Counted from the first letter of the stretch, positions 18,617-28,455 are shown. The stretch is DNA of 64,000 nucleotides from Candidatus Kaiserbacteria bacterium (GCA_016432285.1 CP066682.1:730274-794273), one strand, 5' to 3'. Notes: generated by a model from the sequence alone, not told the origin. Program-made: numbers and translations.

Positions 18617-19663
18617 ATGGCTGATACCAACGGCGAAACTCGCCCCAGCATTTTTGCGAATATCCTTGCGATTGTCGGATTCATCATCCTGATCGTTGTG
18701 GTTATTTGGGGCCTCATCAATCTTGCCTCGATTTCTCGGGGCTGGCTCTCTTCCCTTTTTGGCGGAAGCCGTGGCGCCGCGATCGAAGTGCGGGCTCCCG
18801 CGAGCACGACCTCCGGCACGCCCTTCACCGTCTCGTGGACATACGAGGAGAGCGATGAGGGCACGTACGCACTTTTGTATCAGTGCCAGCCGGGAATTCG
18901 TTTGCAGGTTGCTCCGTCGCAAAACGGCATCCCCTGTGGCGCCGCCTTCAATGTTGGGAGCTCCGAGAAACAAGTTTCCGTGATTCCGATCTTGAGCGGC
19001 CAGAGCACGACGAACCTCCCGATTTCGATCATCTTTTTGCCGACGGCTACCGGCACGCAGGCAGAAGGCTCAGCGACGGTTGCCGTACTTCCCGCTTCCG
19101 GTGCGACCCCAGAGCCCACGACGCCGACCCCGACGCCCTCGTCTCCTGAAACGCCGGCGCTGCCTGTCGGCCCTGCCGACCTTTCCGTTCAGATCCTTTC
19201 GGTGAGCATCGATTCCTCGGGCAACGGCACAGCCACCTTCGACATCGGTAACGTGGGACTTTCGGGATCCGGTACCTACTACTTCACGGCGCAGCTCCCG
19301 ACTCAGAGCGGCTACACCTACTCTTCGCCCGCGCAAAGCTCGCTCTCCCCCGGCTCGCACGTCGTGAACACGCTTCGCTTCAGTGCAGGCACGGGTGGAG
19401 TCTTCAGCGTGACCGTCGATCCTTCGAATGCGGTCCAGGAGTCCAACGAGGGCAACAACTTCGCCTCGCAAAATGCGAGTGCGCAGTACTACAACTACAA
19501 CAACTCCTACAACTACAATTACTCGCAGACCGCGGGCTACCCGTACACGTATAATCAGTATCAGTACTCGTATCAGGACTACAACGCGTACAACCAGTAT
19601 CCGTACAACTACAATTACAACTATCAATACCCGTACCAAACCTCCTACCCGTACGCATACTAG
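18617..19663 (+). CDS. Membrane-anchored protein with CARDB-like domain and Tyr/Asn/Gln-rich tail
   Basis: N-terminal TM; ADLSV...VDPSNAVQESNEGNN CARDB signature; promoter TTGACA-N16-TAGTAT at 18579-18606. Confidence 0.75.
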   Translation: MADTNGETRPSIFANILAIVGFIILIVVVIWGLINLASISRGWLSSLFGGSRGAAIEVRAPASTTSGTPFTVSWTYEESDEGTYALLYQCQPGIRLQVAPSQNGIPCGAAFNVGSSEKQVSVIPILSGQSTTNLPISIIFLPTATGTQAEGSATVAVLPASGATPEPTTPTPTPSSPETPALPVGPADLSVQILSVSIDSSGNGTATFDIGNVGLSGSGTYYFTAQLPTQSGYTYSSPAQSSLSPGSHVVNTLRFSAGTGGVFSVTVDPSNAVQESNEGNNFASQNASAQYYNYNNSYNYNYSQTAGYPYTYNQYQYSYQDYNAYNQYPYNYNYNYQYPYQTSYPYAY

Positions 19664-19763
19664 GACTCACGAGCCTCATCATAAAGGCGCCGCACGGCGC
19701 CTTTTTGATTTGTCGCCTGCGTGCAATAGTGCTCACATCCCATGAGCTCACAGGAGGATAGTC

Positions 19764-20435
19764 ATGGTTGGTCTTTCACTTTCTCTGCCCTGGCGCAGAA
19801 AGGCGCGCGCGCAAGCAGTACCGAGCGCGCTCGAGGCTGCCACAAGTTGTCTGGAACAAAATTGGGATGCGGCTGCTCTCAACCGGTACTACCAGACCCA
19901 ACCATCGAAAGGTGAGCGGGCAGATGCCGCGTGGCGTTTTCTGTTCAACTGGCCGAAGCATCCGATTTTCCTTGTCGATCACGAACCGTATACCGTACCC
20001 GTGTTCGCCGACATGGCACAGGCGGCGGCGCACGTTCGCTCACTTCTTCCGGCGAATGTCTTCGACGACGGTTTTCTCCAGAACATCGGCGTCTGGTACT
20101 ACCAGACGAGAAACCGACCACTGCCACTTAGTTGGTGCGGTGCGACCGGCAAGTGCATCACGCGGATGGCCGCAGTCGAGCAAACCTTCCGCGACCTCGT
20201 GAGCAACGAGGCCGTCGAGGTGGCGATTGCATTCTTCCGGCATGTACTGGTCAATTCCGGGGATGCCATTAGCGACACCGAGTGGATGCACGCGCTCGCC
20301 TACATGAAGCGTATGGCGGAAGTGAGGCGGGCGAAGAAGCACCTGATTCGCGAAGAGCTGCTGCAAATCCGGAATGCCGCGATTCCGCACAGATACGGGC
20401 TTGCGCTCGTGATTCAGCGGGAGATGTCGCGCTAA
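19764..20435 (+). CDS. Hypothetical protein
   Basis: AGGAGG SD; ends at a hairpin shared with gyrB. Confidence 0.6.
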   Translation: MVGLSLSLPWRRKARAQAVPSALEAATSCLEQNWDAAALNRYYQTQPSKGERADAAWRFLFNWPKHPIFLVDHEPYTVPVFADMAQAAAHVRSLLPANVFDDGFLQNIGVWYYQTRNRPLPLSWCGATGKCITRMAAVEQTFRDLVSNEAVEVAIAFFRHVLVNSGDAISDTEWMHALAYMKRMAEVRRAKKHLIREELLQIRNAAIPHRYGLALVIQREMSR

Positions 20436-20491
20436 GCGCTTCTGATGCTTTCGAGAACTAAAGCGGCTCCGGGATGCGGGGCCGTTTTCTT

Positions 20492-22552
20492 TTATATATC
20501 GAGTGTTGCTTCCTTCGCGTGGGATTGGATGAATGACTTGCGCGCCGGCACATCGGTGCCCATGAGCATGTCGAAAATCTGGTCGGCCTCCTGCGCGTCC
20601 TCTATCGCTACCTGCTTCAGGATGCGGCGCGCCGGATCCATGGTCGTCTCCCACAACTCCTCCGCGTTCATCTCGCCGAGACCCTTGTAGCGCTGTACTG
20701 ATACCTTTGGAGTTTTCTTCGCCTTCGTTTCCTCCTCGGGCTCTTCCGTTTCTTCTGCCTCTGCCGGAGCTTCCGATTCGATCGGGAGGTCGGCACCCAC
20801 GAGTTTGATCCGCTCCTCGTCGGAATACGCATAGAAAATCTCCTTGCCCTTGCGCACCTTAAAGAGCGGCGGCTGCGCGATGTAGAGGTAGCCGCCGTCG
20901 ATCACGGGGCGGAAGTGGCGGTAGAGGAGCGTCAGGAGGAGCGTGCGGATGTGCGCGCCGTCCACGTCGGCATCCGTGGCGATGATGACTTTGTGGTAGC
21001 GCAGCTTTGTGATGTCGAAGATGTCGCCGATCGCGGTCCCGAGCGCGACCACGAGATTCTTGATCTGCTCCGAGGAGAGCATCTTATCGAGACGCGCTCG
21101 CTCGATGTTGAGAATCTTGCCGCGAAGCGGCAAGATCGCCTGCGTGCGCCGGTCGCGCCCCATCTTGGCGGTGCCGCCGGCCGAATCCCCTTCCACGATG
21201 AAGAGCTCGGATTCCTCGGCACTCTTCGTCTGGCAGTCGGCGAGCTTTCCCGGGAGCGTGAGGCCGTCGAGCGCGCCTTTGCGGAGGATCGAGTCCTTCG
21301 CCGCTTTCGCCGCTTTGCGTGCCTTCATCGCAAGTGCGACCTTGCCGACGATCGCTCTCGCGTCATCGGGATGCTCTTCGAGGAAGGCCTGGAATGCCTC
21401 ACCGAAGACAGCCTCGGTAGCTCCGCGCGCCTCGACGCTGCCGAGCTTGCCCTTGGTCTGACCCTCAAACTGCACCTCGCGCATTTTCACCGAGATCACG
21501 GCCGTGAGACCCTCGAGCACATCGTCGCCGGTGAAGCTGTCGCTTTCCTTGCCGCCGTTTTTGTTGACCGTGTTGAGCGTGCGGGTAAGTGCCGTTTTGA
21601 AACCGGTAACGTGCATGCCGCCTTCGGCGTTGTAGATATTGTTGGCGAAAGCCATGAGGCGCGCCGATACGTCGTCCACGTACTGGAGCGCGACTTCCAC
21701 ACTCACGCCGTCCTGCTCCTTTTCCACGTAGAAAATATTTTTGTGCATCGGCTCCTGGTGGCGGTTCTGGAACGCGACGAGGCTTCGGAGGCCTCCCTCG
21801 AAGTAGAAGGTCATCGACGGAGCGTCGAGGCCGAGCTCGCGGAGGTAAAAGACGTCTTCGTCGTTGACCTTTCCTGAATTACGCAGATCGATTACTGAAA
21901 TGCGGAGCCCCTTCACGAGATAGGCCTGCTGCCGCATGTGCGCCACGATCGTATCCCAGTTGAACTCGCGCTCGGGGAAGATCGAAGCGTCGGGCTCGAA
22001 GGTGATGATGGTGCCGTGCAGCTTCGAGGCGCCGACCTTTTTCGTTTTGCCGATCGGCTTGCCGCCATTTTTATATTCCTGCACATGCTCGCCGCCGTCT
22101 CGGTGCACCTGCGCACGGACGTTGGTCGAGAGCGCGTTGACGACCGAGACACCGACGCCGTGGAGTCCTCCCGATACTTTATATCCATCACCGCCGAACT
22201 TCCCTCCTGCGTGGAGAATCGTCATCACTGTCTCGAGGGCGGAGACTTTTGTCTTGGGGTGAATGTCGACCGGAATGCCGCGGCCGTTGTCGGCGACCCG
22301 CACGCGATTTTCCGGGAGCAGCACGACCTCGATGTCGTTGGCAAAACCGCCCATCGCCTCGTCGCGCGAGTTGTCGAAGACTTCCCAAATGAGGTGGTGC
22401 AGTCCGGCTGCGCCGGTCGTGCCGATGTACATGCCAGGGCGGCGGCGCACGGCCTCGAGCCCCTCGAGCACCGTGATGTCGCTCGCGCCGTACGAAGAAC
22501 CGCCCTTTTTCGGGGCGATTTCTTTGGCCTTTTTGACGTTATTTTTAGCCAT
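20492..22552 (-). CDS. gyrB: DNA gyrase subunit B
   Basis: EAVRRRPGMYIG, GGLHGVGVS, VEGDSAGG, PLRGKILN, DADVDG, QRYKGLGEM. Confidence 0.96.
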   Translation of the reverse strand: MAKNNVKKAKEIAPKKGGSSYGASDITVLEGLEAVRRRPGMYIGTTGAAGLHHLIWEVFDNSRDEAMGGFANDIEVVLLPENRVRVADNGRGIPVDIHPKTKVSALETVMTILHAGGKFGGDGYKVSGGLHGVGVSVVNALSTNVRAQVHRDGGEHVQEYKNGGKPIGKTKKVGASKLHGTIITFEPDASIFPEREFNWDTIVAHMRQQAYLVKGLRISVIDLRNSGKVNDEDVFYLRELGLDAPSMTFYFEGGLRSLVAFQNRHQEPMHKNIFYVEKEQDGVSVEVALQYVDDVSARLMAFANNIYNAEGGMHVTGFKTALTRTLNTVNKNGGKESDSFTGDDVLEGLTAVISVKMREVQFEGQTKGKLGSVEARGATEAVFGEAFQAFLEEHPDDARAIVGKVALAMKARKAAKAAKDSILRKGALDGLTLPGKLADCQTKSAEESELFIVEGDSAGGTAKMGRDRRTQAILPLRGKILNIERARLDKMLSSEQIKNLVVALGTAIGDIFDITKLRYHKVIIATDADVDGAHIRTLLLTLLYRHFRPVIDGGYLYIAQPPLFKVRKGKEIFYAYSDEERIKLVGADLPIESEAPAEAEETEEPEEETKAKKTPKVSVQRYKGLGEMNAEELWETTMDPARRILKQVAIEDAQEADQIFDMLMGTDVPARKSFIQSHAKEATLDI

Positions 22553-22627
22553 TGTTTGAGTTTTAAGTATAGCAGATTTTGGGGCAAGATGCTACCGTGG
22601 AGTGGGGCAATTTGCAGGGAGCAGACG

Positions 22628-23047
22628 ATGAAAATGATCTTTGGCGGGCTACTGCTTGCGGCTCTTTCGGCGACACCCTCGAATGCGACTGTCGTGATAA
22701 CCAACGATCCGGGAGGCCGTATCGAGGACTATGTCAAACGTCTTTCGTCGCTTCGCGCACAGGGCGAAGAGTTCATCATCGACGGACCGTGCATCTCGGC
22801 GTGCACGCTCATCGTCGCGATAATCCCGCTCAAACGCGTCTGCGCAACCGGACGCTCAACGCTTGGTTTTCATGCAGCATGGAATCCAGGATGGTTCGGC
22901 CAGCAAGTGCCGAATGCGGAAGCGACGCGCGCGTTGATGAAGCGTTACCCGCGGCACGTTCGGAGAGTCATCGCAAAGAACGGCGGCCTCACGTCAAAGA
23001 TGTTCTTCGTGAGCGCGGCCGAGGTCGGCATCAGCCAATGCCGGTAG
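22628..23047 (+). CDS. Secreted hypothetical protein (DPGG...IDGPCISACT motif; ClpP/crotonase-like fold suspected)
   Basis: GGGAG SD, signal peptide, motif pattern recalled from alphaproteobacterial hypothetical proteins. Confidence 0.6.
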   Translation: MKMIFGGLLLAALSATPSNATVVITNDPGGRIEDYVKRLSSLRAQGEEFIIDGPCISACTLIVAIIPLKRVCATGRSTLGFHAAWNPGWFGQQVPNAEATRALMKRYPRHVRRVIAKNGGLTSKMFFVSAAEVGISQCR

Positions 23048-23162
23048 CGAACAATGCAATTCGCGGGAGCAAACCTCCCGCGAATCTGTTTTCGCAACCT
23101 AACCTCACTCGACGTACACGACCTCGGTAAAGTACGAGCGGATAACGACCCGCTTGTAGAAC

Positions 23163-24974
23163 CTATCGGATCTCGAAGCCCTTTGCGGCGAGCTCCTTCT
23201 GTACCCGATCCATCACGGCGTTGGCCTCCTCGTCGGTGAGTGTCTTTTCGAACGATTGGAGCACGAGCCGGAAGGCGTACGATACCCGCCCTTCTTTTTT
23301 GAACTGGTCGAAGAGCTCGACATGCCGCAGGAGCCCTTGTGAATGTGCCGCGAACAGGCTGATGACCTCGGTAAAGGAGTTGGAAGTGTCGGGTACCCAC
23401 ATCGAAATATCGCGCACGATGAAGGGATACTTCGAGAACGGCTGATAGCGCTCAGTCTGAGAGATCGGCAGGTCGTCGTACCGCTCTGCCGCCATCGCTT
23501 GAAGGAGTGCTTCTTTCATGCCGGATGAGTCTGCGCTGCCTACCATCGTGAGCTCTTTGCCCCCCTTCCAGACCGTACCGATCTCGAAGAGCTTCACTTC
23601 CTTGAGACCGAGGAGATCGCGACTGCGCGCATTGCGCTCAAGGGCCTCCCGGAGACCGTCCACGAGCGTGGTCCGCAGGTACGGCCGCTCGCCGCCTACC
23701 TTGTTGAGGACCGCGCGCTCGCCCTTTTCGGCAAAGACCGACGTGTACACCTCAGAATAGCCCTTCGATACAAAATCTTCCCGCACGCGCTCTGCCGCAT
23801 AAAAGTGCGCATTGATTTCGGGCTTTTTTGAAAACGGCGGCAGCGGCGTAGCAGGCACCTTCTCGTACCCCACGATGCGGCCGACCTCTTCGATCAAGTC
23901 CTCTGGTCCGCCGGCTGGCGGATTCAGATCGAGTCGTTGGAACGGCACGTCGATGGCGTATTCCCCATTTTTGTTCCGATACGTGAGGGCGAGCTTGCGG
24001 AACACACTTTCCACCTCCGATGCATCGAGATTCGTGCCGAGCACCTTGTTGATTTTCTCGAGCGAGACGGAGACCGTCTTTCTTTCTTGCGGCGCCGGAT
24101 ATTCGTCGACGAAACCGTGCAGCTCACCGCCGGCGATTGCGGCGACGAGATCTACCGTTTGTCGGAGTCCGTACGCACAGAGCTCGGGAGAAATGATCTG
24201 CTGGAAACGATCCGACGCGTCCGTGCGCAGCTTCAGCGCCTGGGACGTTTTGCGGATCATGGGGCCGTCCCAATTCGCCGCCTCCAGAATCACGTCGACG
24301 GTGGTCTCGTCGATACCGGTTGGCTTGCCACCCTTTATGCCGGCGATGCTGACTGCTTCCTTGGTGTGCCCGTCGGCGATCAGTAGCGTCGAGGGAGTGA
24401 GCGCGTATTGCTTATCGTCGAGGCCGAGCATCTTTTCTCCCGATTTCGCGCTCCTGACATGGAGAAAGTAGCCGTCTTTCTGCGTGAGTCTCCGGGCATC
24501 GAACGCATGCAGCGGTTGGCCCGTGTTGAACATGACGAGATTGGTCGCATCGACGACGTTGTTGATGGTTTTTTGCCCGACCGCATGGAGCGCTTCCACG
24601 AGCCACTCTGGCGATGGGCCTACTGTAATGCCCGTTATGTACGCCGCGGTAAAGCGCTTGCAGAGATTTGTGTCGTCAATCAAGACTTTCACCGCATCAG
24701 TCTTTTGTGAGAGATCCGGCAATTTCGCGAGCGGATCGCGCTCCGCGTTGAGCGGTATCTCCAAAATCGCCGAAAGCTCCGCTGCGATGCCACGGTGCGA
24801 CAGGCAATCATGTCCGCGATTGGGCGTTACTTTTACATCAAGCACATCGTCGCTGCCGACTTTCTCGACACTCTCGATTTCAAACGCGTGAAAAGTAAGC
24901 GCGTCCGCCAATTGTTCCGCGCTCGGAAGCGGTGCCTCAAAATAATTCTGGAGCCAATTTCTGGAGATTTTCAT
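23163..24974 (-). CDS. pheT: Phenylalanyl-tRNA synthetase beta subunit (short form)
   Basis: TPNRGHDCLSHRGIA, INNVVDATN, QPLHAFD, EDLIEEVGR, C-terminal FDX-ACB domain. Confidence 0.95.
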   Translation of the reverse strand: MKISRNWLQNYFEAPLPSAEQLADALTFHAFEIESVEKVGSDDVLDVKVTPNRGHDCLSHRGIAAELSAILEIPLNAERDPLAKLPDLSQKTDAVKVLIDDTNLCKRFTAAYITGITVGPSPEWLVEALHAVGQKTINNVVDATNLVMFNTGQPLHAFDARRLTQKDGYFLHVRSAKSGEKMLGLDDKQYALTPSTLLIADGHTKEAVSIAGIKGGKPTGIDETTVDVILEAANWDGPMIRKTSQALKLRTDASDRFQQIISPELCAYGLRQTVDLVAAIAGGELHGFVDEYPAPQERKTVSVSLEKINKVLGTNLDASEVESVFRKLALTYRNKNGEYAIDVPFQRLDLNPPAGGPEDLIEEVGRIVGYEKVPATPLPPFSKKPEINAHFYAAERVREDFVSKGYSEVYTSVFAEKGERAVLNKVGGERPYLRTTLVDGLREALERNARSRDLLGLKEVKLFEIGTVWKGGKELTMVGSADSSGMKEALLQAMAAERYDDLPISQTERYQPFSKYPFIVRDISMWVPDTSNSFTEVISLFAAHSQGLLRHVELFDQFKKEGRVSYAFRLVLQSFEKTLTDEEANAVMDRVQKELAAKGFEIR

Positions 24975-25480
24975 AGAAGAGAATATCGTTTTTTACCCTC
25001 TGGTAAGACGATTTCTTGGGCCACCCCTTCACTCACTAAGTGTTCCCAAAATTTATCTCCATCCGGACTCCTCACTTGGCTTGACTGGACTCCTTTCCCG
25101 AGACGCTCCCTACATATCTGATCAATCAGTTGGATTCGGCGCTTCGCCAAGCCGGTCTTTCTGAGACCCGATTCTGTTCTTGTGCTCAAAATAGTGGGGG
25201 TCCCCTCCGTATCAAGAGTGAAAGAAGTCGTGCCAACTATATCTTCACCCACGATATCGAGAACTTTCCCGAACGTATTATTTGGCTGTTCTCCGACCAA
25301 GAGTGAGGCGAAGGTTCTGCTTCCATCAGTGTTCCGAACTACATATCTCTCAGATCCGGTTAAAAACTCACCTGCAACAGCGAATGGAAATTTTTCCGAA
25401 CCTCGATCGTTGTCGTCAATCGGTTCTAAGCAAAAACTAACCCTTACTCGCTCTGATGTTTTTTTAAGCCCTTCACTCAT
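24971..25480 (-). CDS. Hypothetical, possibly GNAT-like, protein inserted between pheS and pheT
   Basis: LRKTGLA and SPDGDKFW segments resemble GNAT motifs; visibly AT-richer DNA; ATGA overlap with pheT. Confidence 0.55.
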   Translation of the reverse strand: MSEGLKKTSERVRVSFCLEPIDDNDRGSEKFPFAVAGEFLTGSERYVVRNTDGSRTFASLLVGEQPNNTFGKVLDIVGEDIVGTTSFTLDTEGTPTILSTRTESGLRKTGLAKRRIQLIDQICRERLGKGVQSSQVRSPDGDKFWEHLVSEGVAQEIVLPEGKKRYSLL

Positions 25481-25482
25481 AC

Positions 25483-26223
25483 CTAAAATTGATTAACGAA
25501 CCGGAGGTCGCCAGAGTGCATGAGACGCACATCATCGATGCCCCACTTCAGCATCGCGAGGCGATCGAGCCCCATGCCAAAAGCGAACCCCTGATACTTC
25601 GCGGAATCGACGCCAGCGTTCTCCAACACGCTAGGATGTACCATACCCGCTCCCATCATCTCGATCCACTTGTCGCGCAATTTCTCTGGAACACTTTCTC
25701 CAACGAGGCGCGCGTCGACTTCGACCCCCGGCTCTACAAACGGGAAAAAGCTGGGGCGAAATCGCACCTCAACTTTCGCGCCCTTAAAGATGTGCGAATA
25801 GAAGTTCTCAAGCGTCCCCTTGAGGTTCGCGAGCGAATATCCCTCGCCGATCGCGAGCCCTTCGAGTTGCCAGAATTCCGCCTCATGGGTCATATCGGTC
25901 GCTTCATTGCGGAAGGCACGCCCCGGGACGATGACACGGTACGGCGGCGGGTTTCCCTTCTTGATCTCTCGTTCCATGTATCGGATCTGGACGGGCGAGG
26001 TGTGGGTACGAAGCACGAACCCTTCCTCGCCTTGTATGAAAAACGTGTCCTGCATGTCGCGCGCCGGATGATCCTTCGGCACATTGAGGGAGTCAAAGTT
26101 GTACCATTCGCTCTCGATCAGCGGCCCCTCAGCAAGGGTAAAACCCATATCAAAAAAGATCCGGTTTGCTTCCCGGATCAGACTTGAGATCGGGTGTACG
26201 TGACCTCGCGGCGTGTCCGTCAT
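25483..26223 (-). CDS. pheS: Phenylalanyl-tRNA synthetase alpha subunit (catalytic core only)
   Basis: NFDSLN...HPARDMQDTF, LRTHTSPVQ, FPFVEP, GFAFGMGLDRL. Confidence 0.97.
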   Translation of the reverse strand: MTDTPRGHVHPISSLIREANRIFFDMGFTLAEGPLIESEWYNFDSLNVPKDHPARDMQDTFFIQGEEGFVLRTHTSPVQIRYMEREIKKGNPPPYRVIVPGRAFRNEATDMTHEAEFWQLEGLAIGEGYSLANLKGTLENFYSHIFKGAKVEVRFRPSFFPFVEPGVEVDARLVGESVPEKLRDKWIEMMGAGMVHPSVLENAGVDSAKYQGFAFGMGLDRLAMLKWGIDDVRLMHSGDLRFVNQF

Positions 26224-26315
26224 CTTCACAGTATACCCATAGTGCCGATGCTTTTCTATTGAAACGCGTCGCTAGAAGAGGGCGTGTCCTTCTGGTATAC
26301 TTTTCCGCTACTACA

Positions 26316-27548
26316 ATGGAAATTGTTACGTACGTGCTTCTCTTTGTTTCCCTCTACTTTGAGGTGTTCCTTTTGCTTTCGTTCCTCGAGCGACGTCGCG
26401 GCGTCGCGATCAAAAAGGGTCCAGGCGCGGCACTCCTCCCCTCTGTTGCGATCGTGGTGCCGTGCTTCAATGAAGAGGACGGTGTGCGATCGACGCTCCT
26501 CTCGCTCCTCTCGCTCCGATATCCCAGCGAGAAGATCGAGATCCTCCTCATAGACGACGGATCGACGGACCGCACGGTGGCGGTAGCGCAGGATCTGATC
26601 GCGGCGACTCCGGGCGCGGCGGAGCGTATAAAAATATTTTCAAAAGAGAACGGTGGCAAGCACACCGCGATGAATTTCGCGCTGGAGCGCACGGAGACAG
26701 ATCTCATCGGTTGCCTCGACGCCGATTCCGTGGTCGATCCGCACGCGCTCTCGCGCATCGTGCAGGTACTCGAGGATAGTGCGATCTCCGCTGTCACACC
26801 CGGCATTCATGCCAAAGAGCCCGAAACCTGGCTCCAGCACATGCAGCACGTAGAGTACCGCATCTCGATTTTCAACCGCTTCATGCTCGCGGCGCTCGGC
26901 TCTGCATTCATCACGCCCGGCCCCTTCTCGATATTCCGCACCGCTGTCGTACGGGAGCTCGGCGGCTGGAAGTACGGGCACTCGACCGAAGATATGGAGC
27001 TTGCGCTTCGCATGCAGAAGCACGGGCATCTCATCGCGAACGCTCCTTCGGCCACCGTCCACACCGGGATCCCGCGCACCTTTTCCGGCCTCTTTCGCCA
27101 GCGCGTCCGTTGGACCTACGGCTTTCTCAAAAATGCGATCGACTACCGCGCTATGATCTTCAACAGGTCGTACGGCAACCTCGGGCTCCTCGTGCTGCCG
27201 CTCGCACTCTTTTCGATCGCCGCCGCGATCTACTTCTTCTGCCAGATGATCTTCAGCGCGGCGCTTTCCCTCATGACCACCTTCACCCGGATCGAGCTTA
27301 CGGGCACGCTCCCAAGCCCGACGCTTGAGCTTTTCTATATCAACACGAGCGCGATGTGGATTCTCGTGATCGTCTCGGTGGCGCTCGTGCTCGCACTCAT
27401 CATGGCGGGCTCGCGGATCGGCACCGGCTCGAAGAGGCCTCCCATGGGCACGCCGCTCTTCATGCTCTTCTACAGCTTTTTGGTGCCGCTCTGGCTCGGA
27501 GCGGCCGTCGTTCGCGCGATTTTTAATACTGGTGTAAGGTGGCGCTGA
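26316..27548 (+). CDS. Processive GT2 glycosyltransferase (PgaC/IcaA/cellulose synthase-like)
   Basis: DDGSTD, DAD, TED and QRVRW motifs plus C-terminal TMs. Confidence 0.88.
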   Translation: MEIVTYVLLFVSLYFEVFLLLSFLERRRGVAIKKGPGAALLPSVAIVVPCFNEEDGVRSTLLSLLSLRYPSEKIEILLIDDGSTDRTVAVAQDLIAATPGAAERIKIFSKENGGKHTAMNFALERTETDLIGCLDADSVVDPHALSRIVQVLEDSAISAVTPGIHAKEPETWLQHMQHVEYRISIFNRFMLAALGSAFITPGPFSIFRTAVVRELGGWKYGHSTEDMELALRMQKHGHLIANAPSATVHTGIPRTFSGLFRQRVRWTYGFLKNAIDYRAMIFNRSYGNLGLLVLPLALFSIAAAIYFFCQMIFSAALSLMTTFTRIELTGTLPSPTLELFYINTSAMWILVIVSVALVLALIMAGSRIGTGSKRPPMGTPLFMLFYSFLVPLWLGAAVVRAIFNTGVRWR

Positions 27549-28255
27549 TGGAAGAAGCGATCGTCAACTCAAGGGCCGCAAAGTGGAGCACGTACGCGGT
27601 CGCGTTTGTCATCACCGCCCTCATCTTCGGGACGGCCTTCGCGGCGAGCGTGTACTTTAACGGCCGGCGCGCGGCCGAGATCCGGACCGCGCAGGATTCG
27701 ATCTCGATCGACATCCTCTCACTTGAGACGCAGTTCGACCTCCTGGCGGAGCACTCCTGCCGCGACATATCGGAAAACTCCGTACTCTCCAAAGAGATCC
27801 GGCCGGTGGGAGAGCGGCTCTCCTTCCTCGAGGGCCAGCGCAACGTCGACCAGGACGAGCTGCTGCGGCTGAAGCGTTACTACTCGCTTCTCCAGATCAA
27901 GGATCTCCTTCTCATGCAGCGCGTCGCGCAAAAATGCGGCCTCGAGCCGGTCTTTATCCTCTACTTCTATTCCAACGCAGGCGACTGCGAAGACTGCGAG
28001 GAGCAGGGGTATGTGCTGACCGCGCTCTCGGAGCAGTATCCGCAGCTTCGCATCTACTCCTTCGACTACAATCTCGACCTCTCTGCCCTCCAGACTCTGA
28101 TCGACGTCAACGACGTGCAAAACAGCCTGCCCGCTCTCATCATCAACGACCGCGTGCAATACGGCCTCAAGACGATCGGCGACATCGAGAAGATACTGCC
28201 CGAGCTCGCGACGCTAAAAAAGGCCGAGTCGAAAAACGCGACCTCAACGGAGTAG
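27548..28255 (+). CDS. Membrane-anchored thioredoxin-like (CxxC) protein
   Basis: N-terminal TM, FILYFYS..CEDC, LPALIIN; TGATG overlap with the GT2 gene. Confidence 0.65.
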   Translation: MEEAIVNSRAAKWSTYAVAFVITALIFGTAFAASVYFNGRRAAEIRTAQDSISIDILSLETQFDLLAEHSCRDISENSVLSKEIRPVGERLSFLEGQRNVDQDELLRLKRYYSLLQIKDLLLMQRVAQKCGLEPVFILYFYSNAGDCEDCEEQGYVLTALSEQYPQLRIYSFDYNLDLSALQTLIDVNDVQNSLPALIINDRVQYGLKTIGDIEKILPELATLKKAESKNATSTE

Positions 28256-28369
28256 TTTGGAGCGCCACCGCGGACATCTGGGAAACCCACGGTTTTCCCA
28301 GACCTTCCTCCACGGGGAACCAGCCGGTTCCCCGGTCCCCTCCTCGTCCGGGAGTCGCACTTTATTGAG

Positions 28370-28442
28370 AGCCGCCTCCCGGACTCGAACCGGGGACCTT
28401 CACTTTACAAAAGTGTTGCTCTACCAACTGAGCTAAGGCGGC
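28370..28442 (-). tRNA. tRNA-Thr(UGU), no encoded CCA
   Basis: GCCGCCTTAGCTCAGTTGGTAGAGC...TT-TGT-AA...GGTTCGAGTCC...GGCGGC-T cloverleaf. Confidence 0.93.
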
Positions 28443-28455
28443 AACTGCCGCACGA

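Noticed and set aside
28256-28369. Integration site or ncRNA downstream of tRNA-Thr
   Set aside because: Only two short hairpins (GGGAAA..TTTCCC, GGGGAACC..GGTTCCCC) are present. I saw no duplicated tRNA 3' end or integrase in the window.
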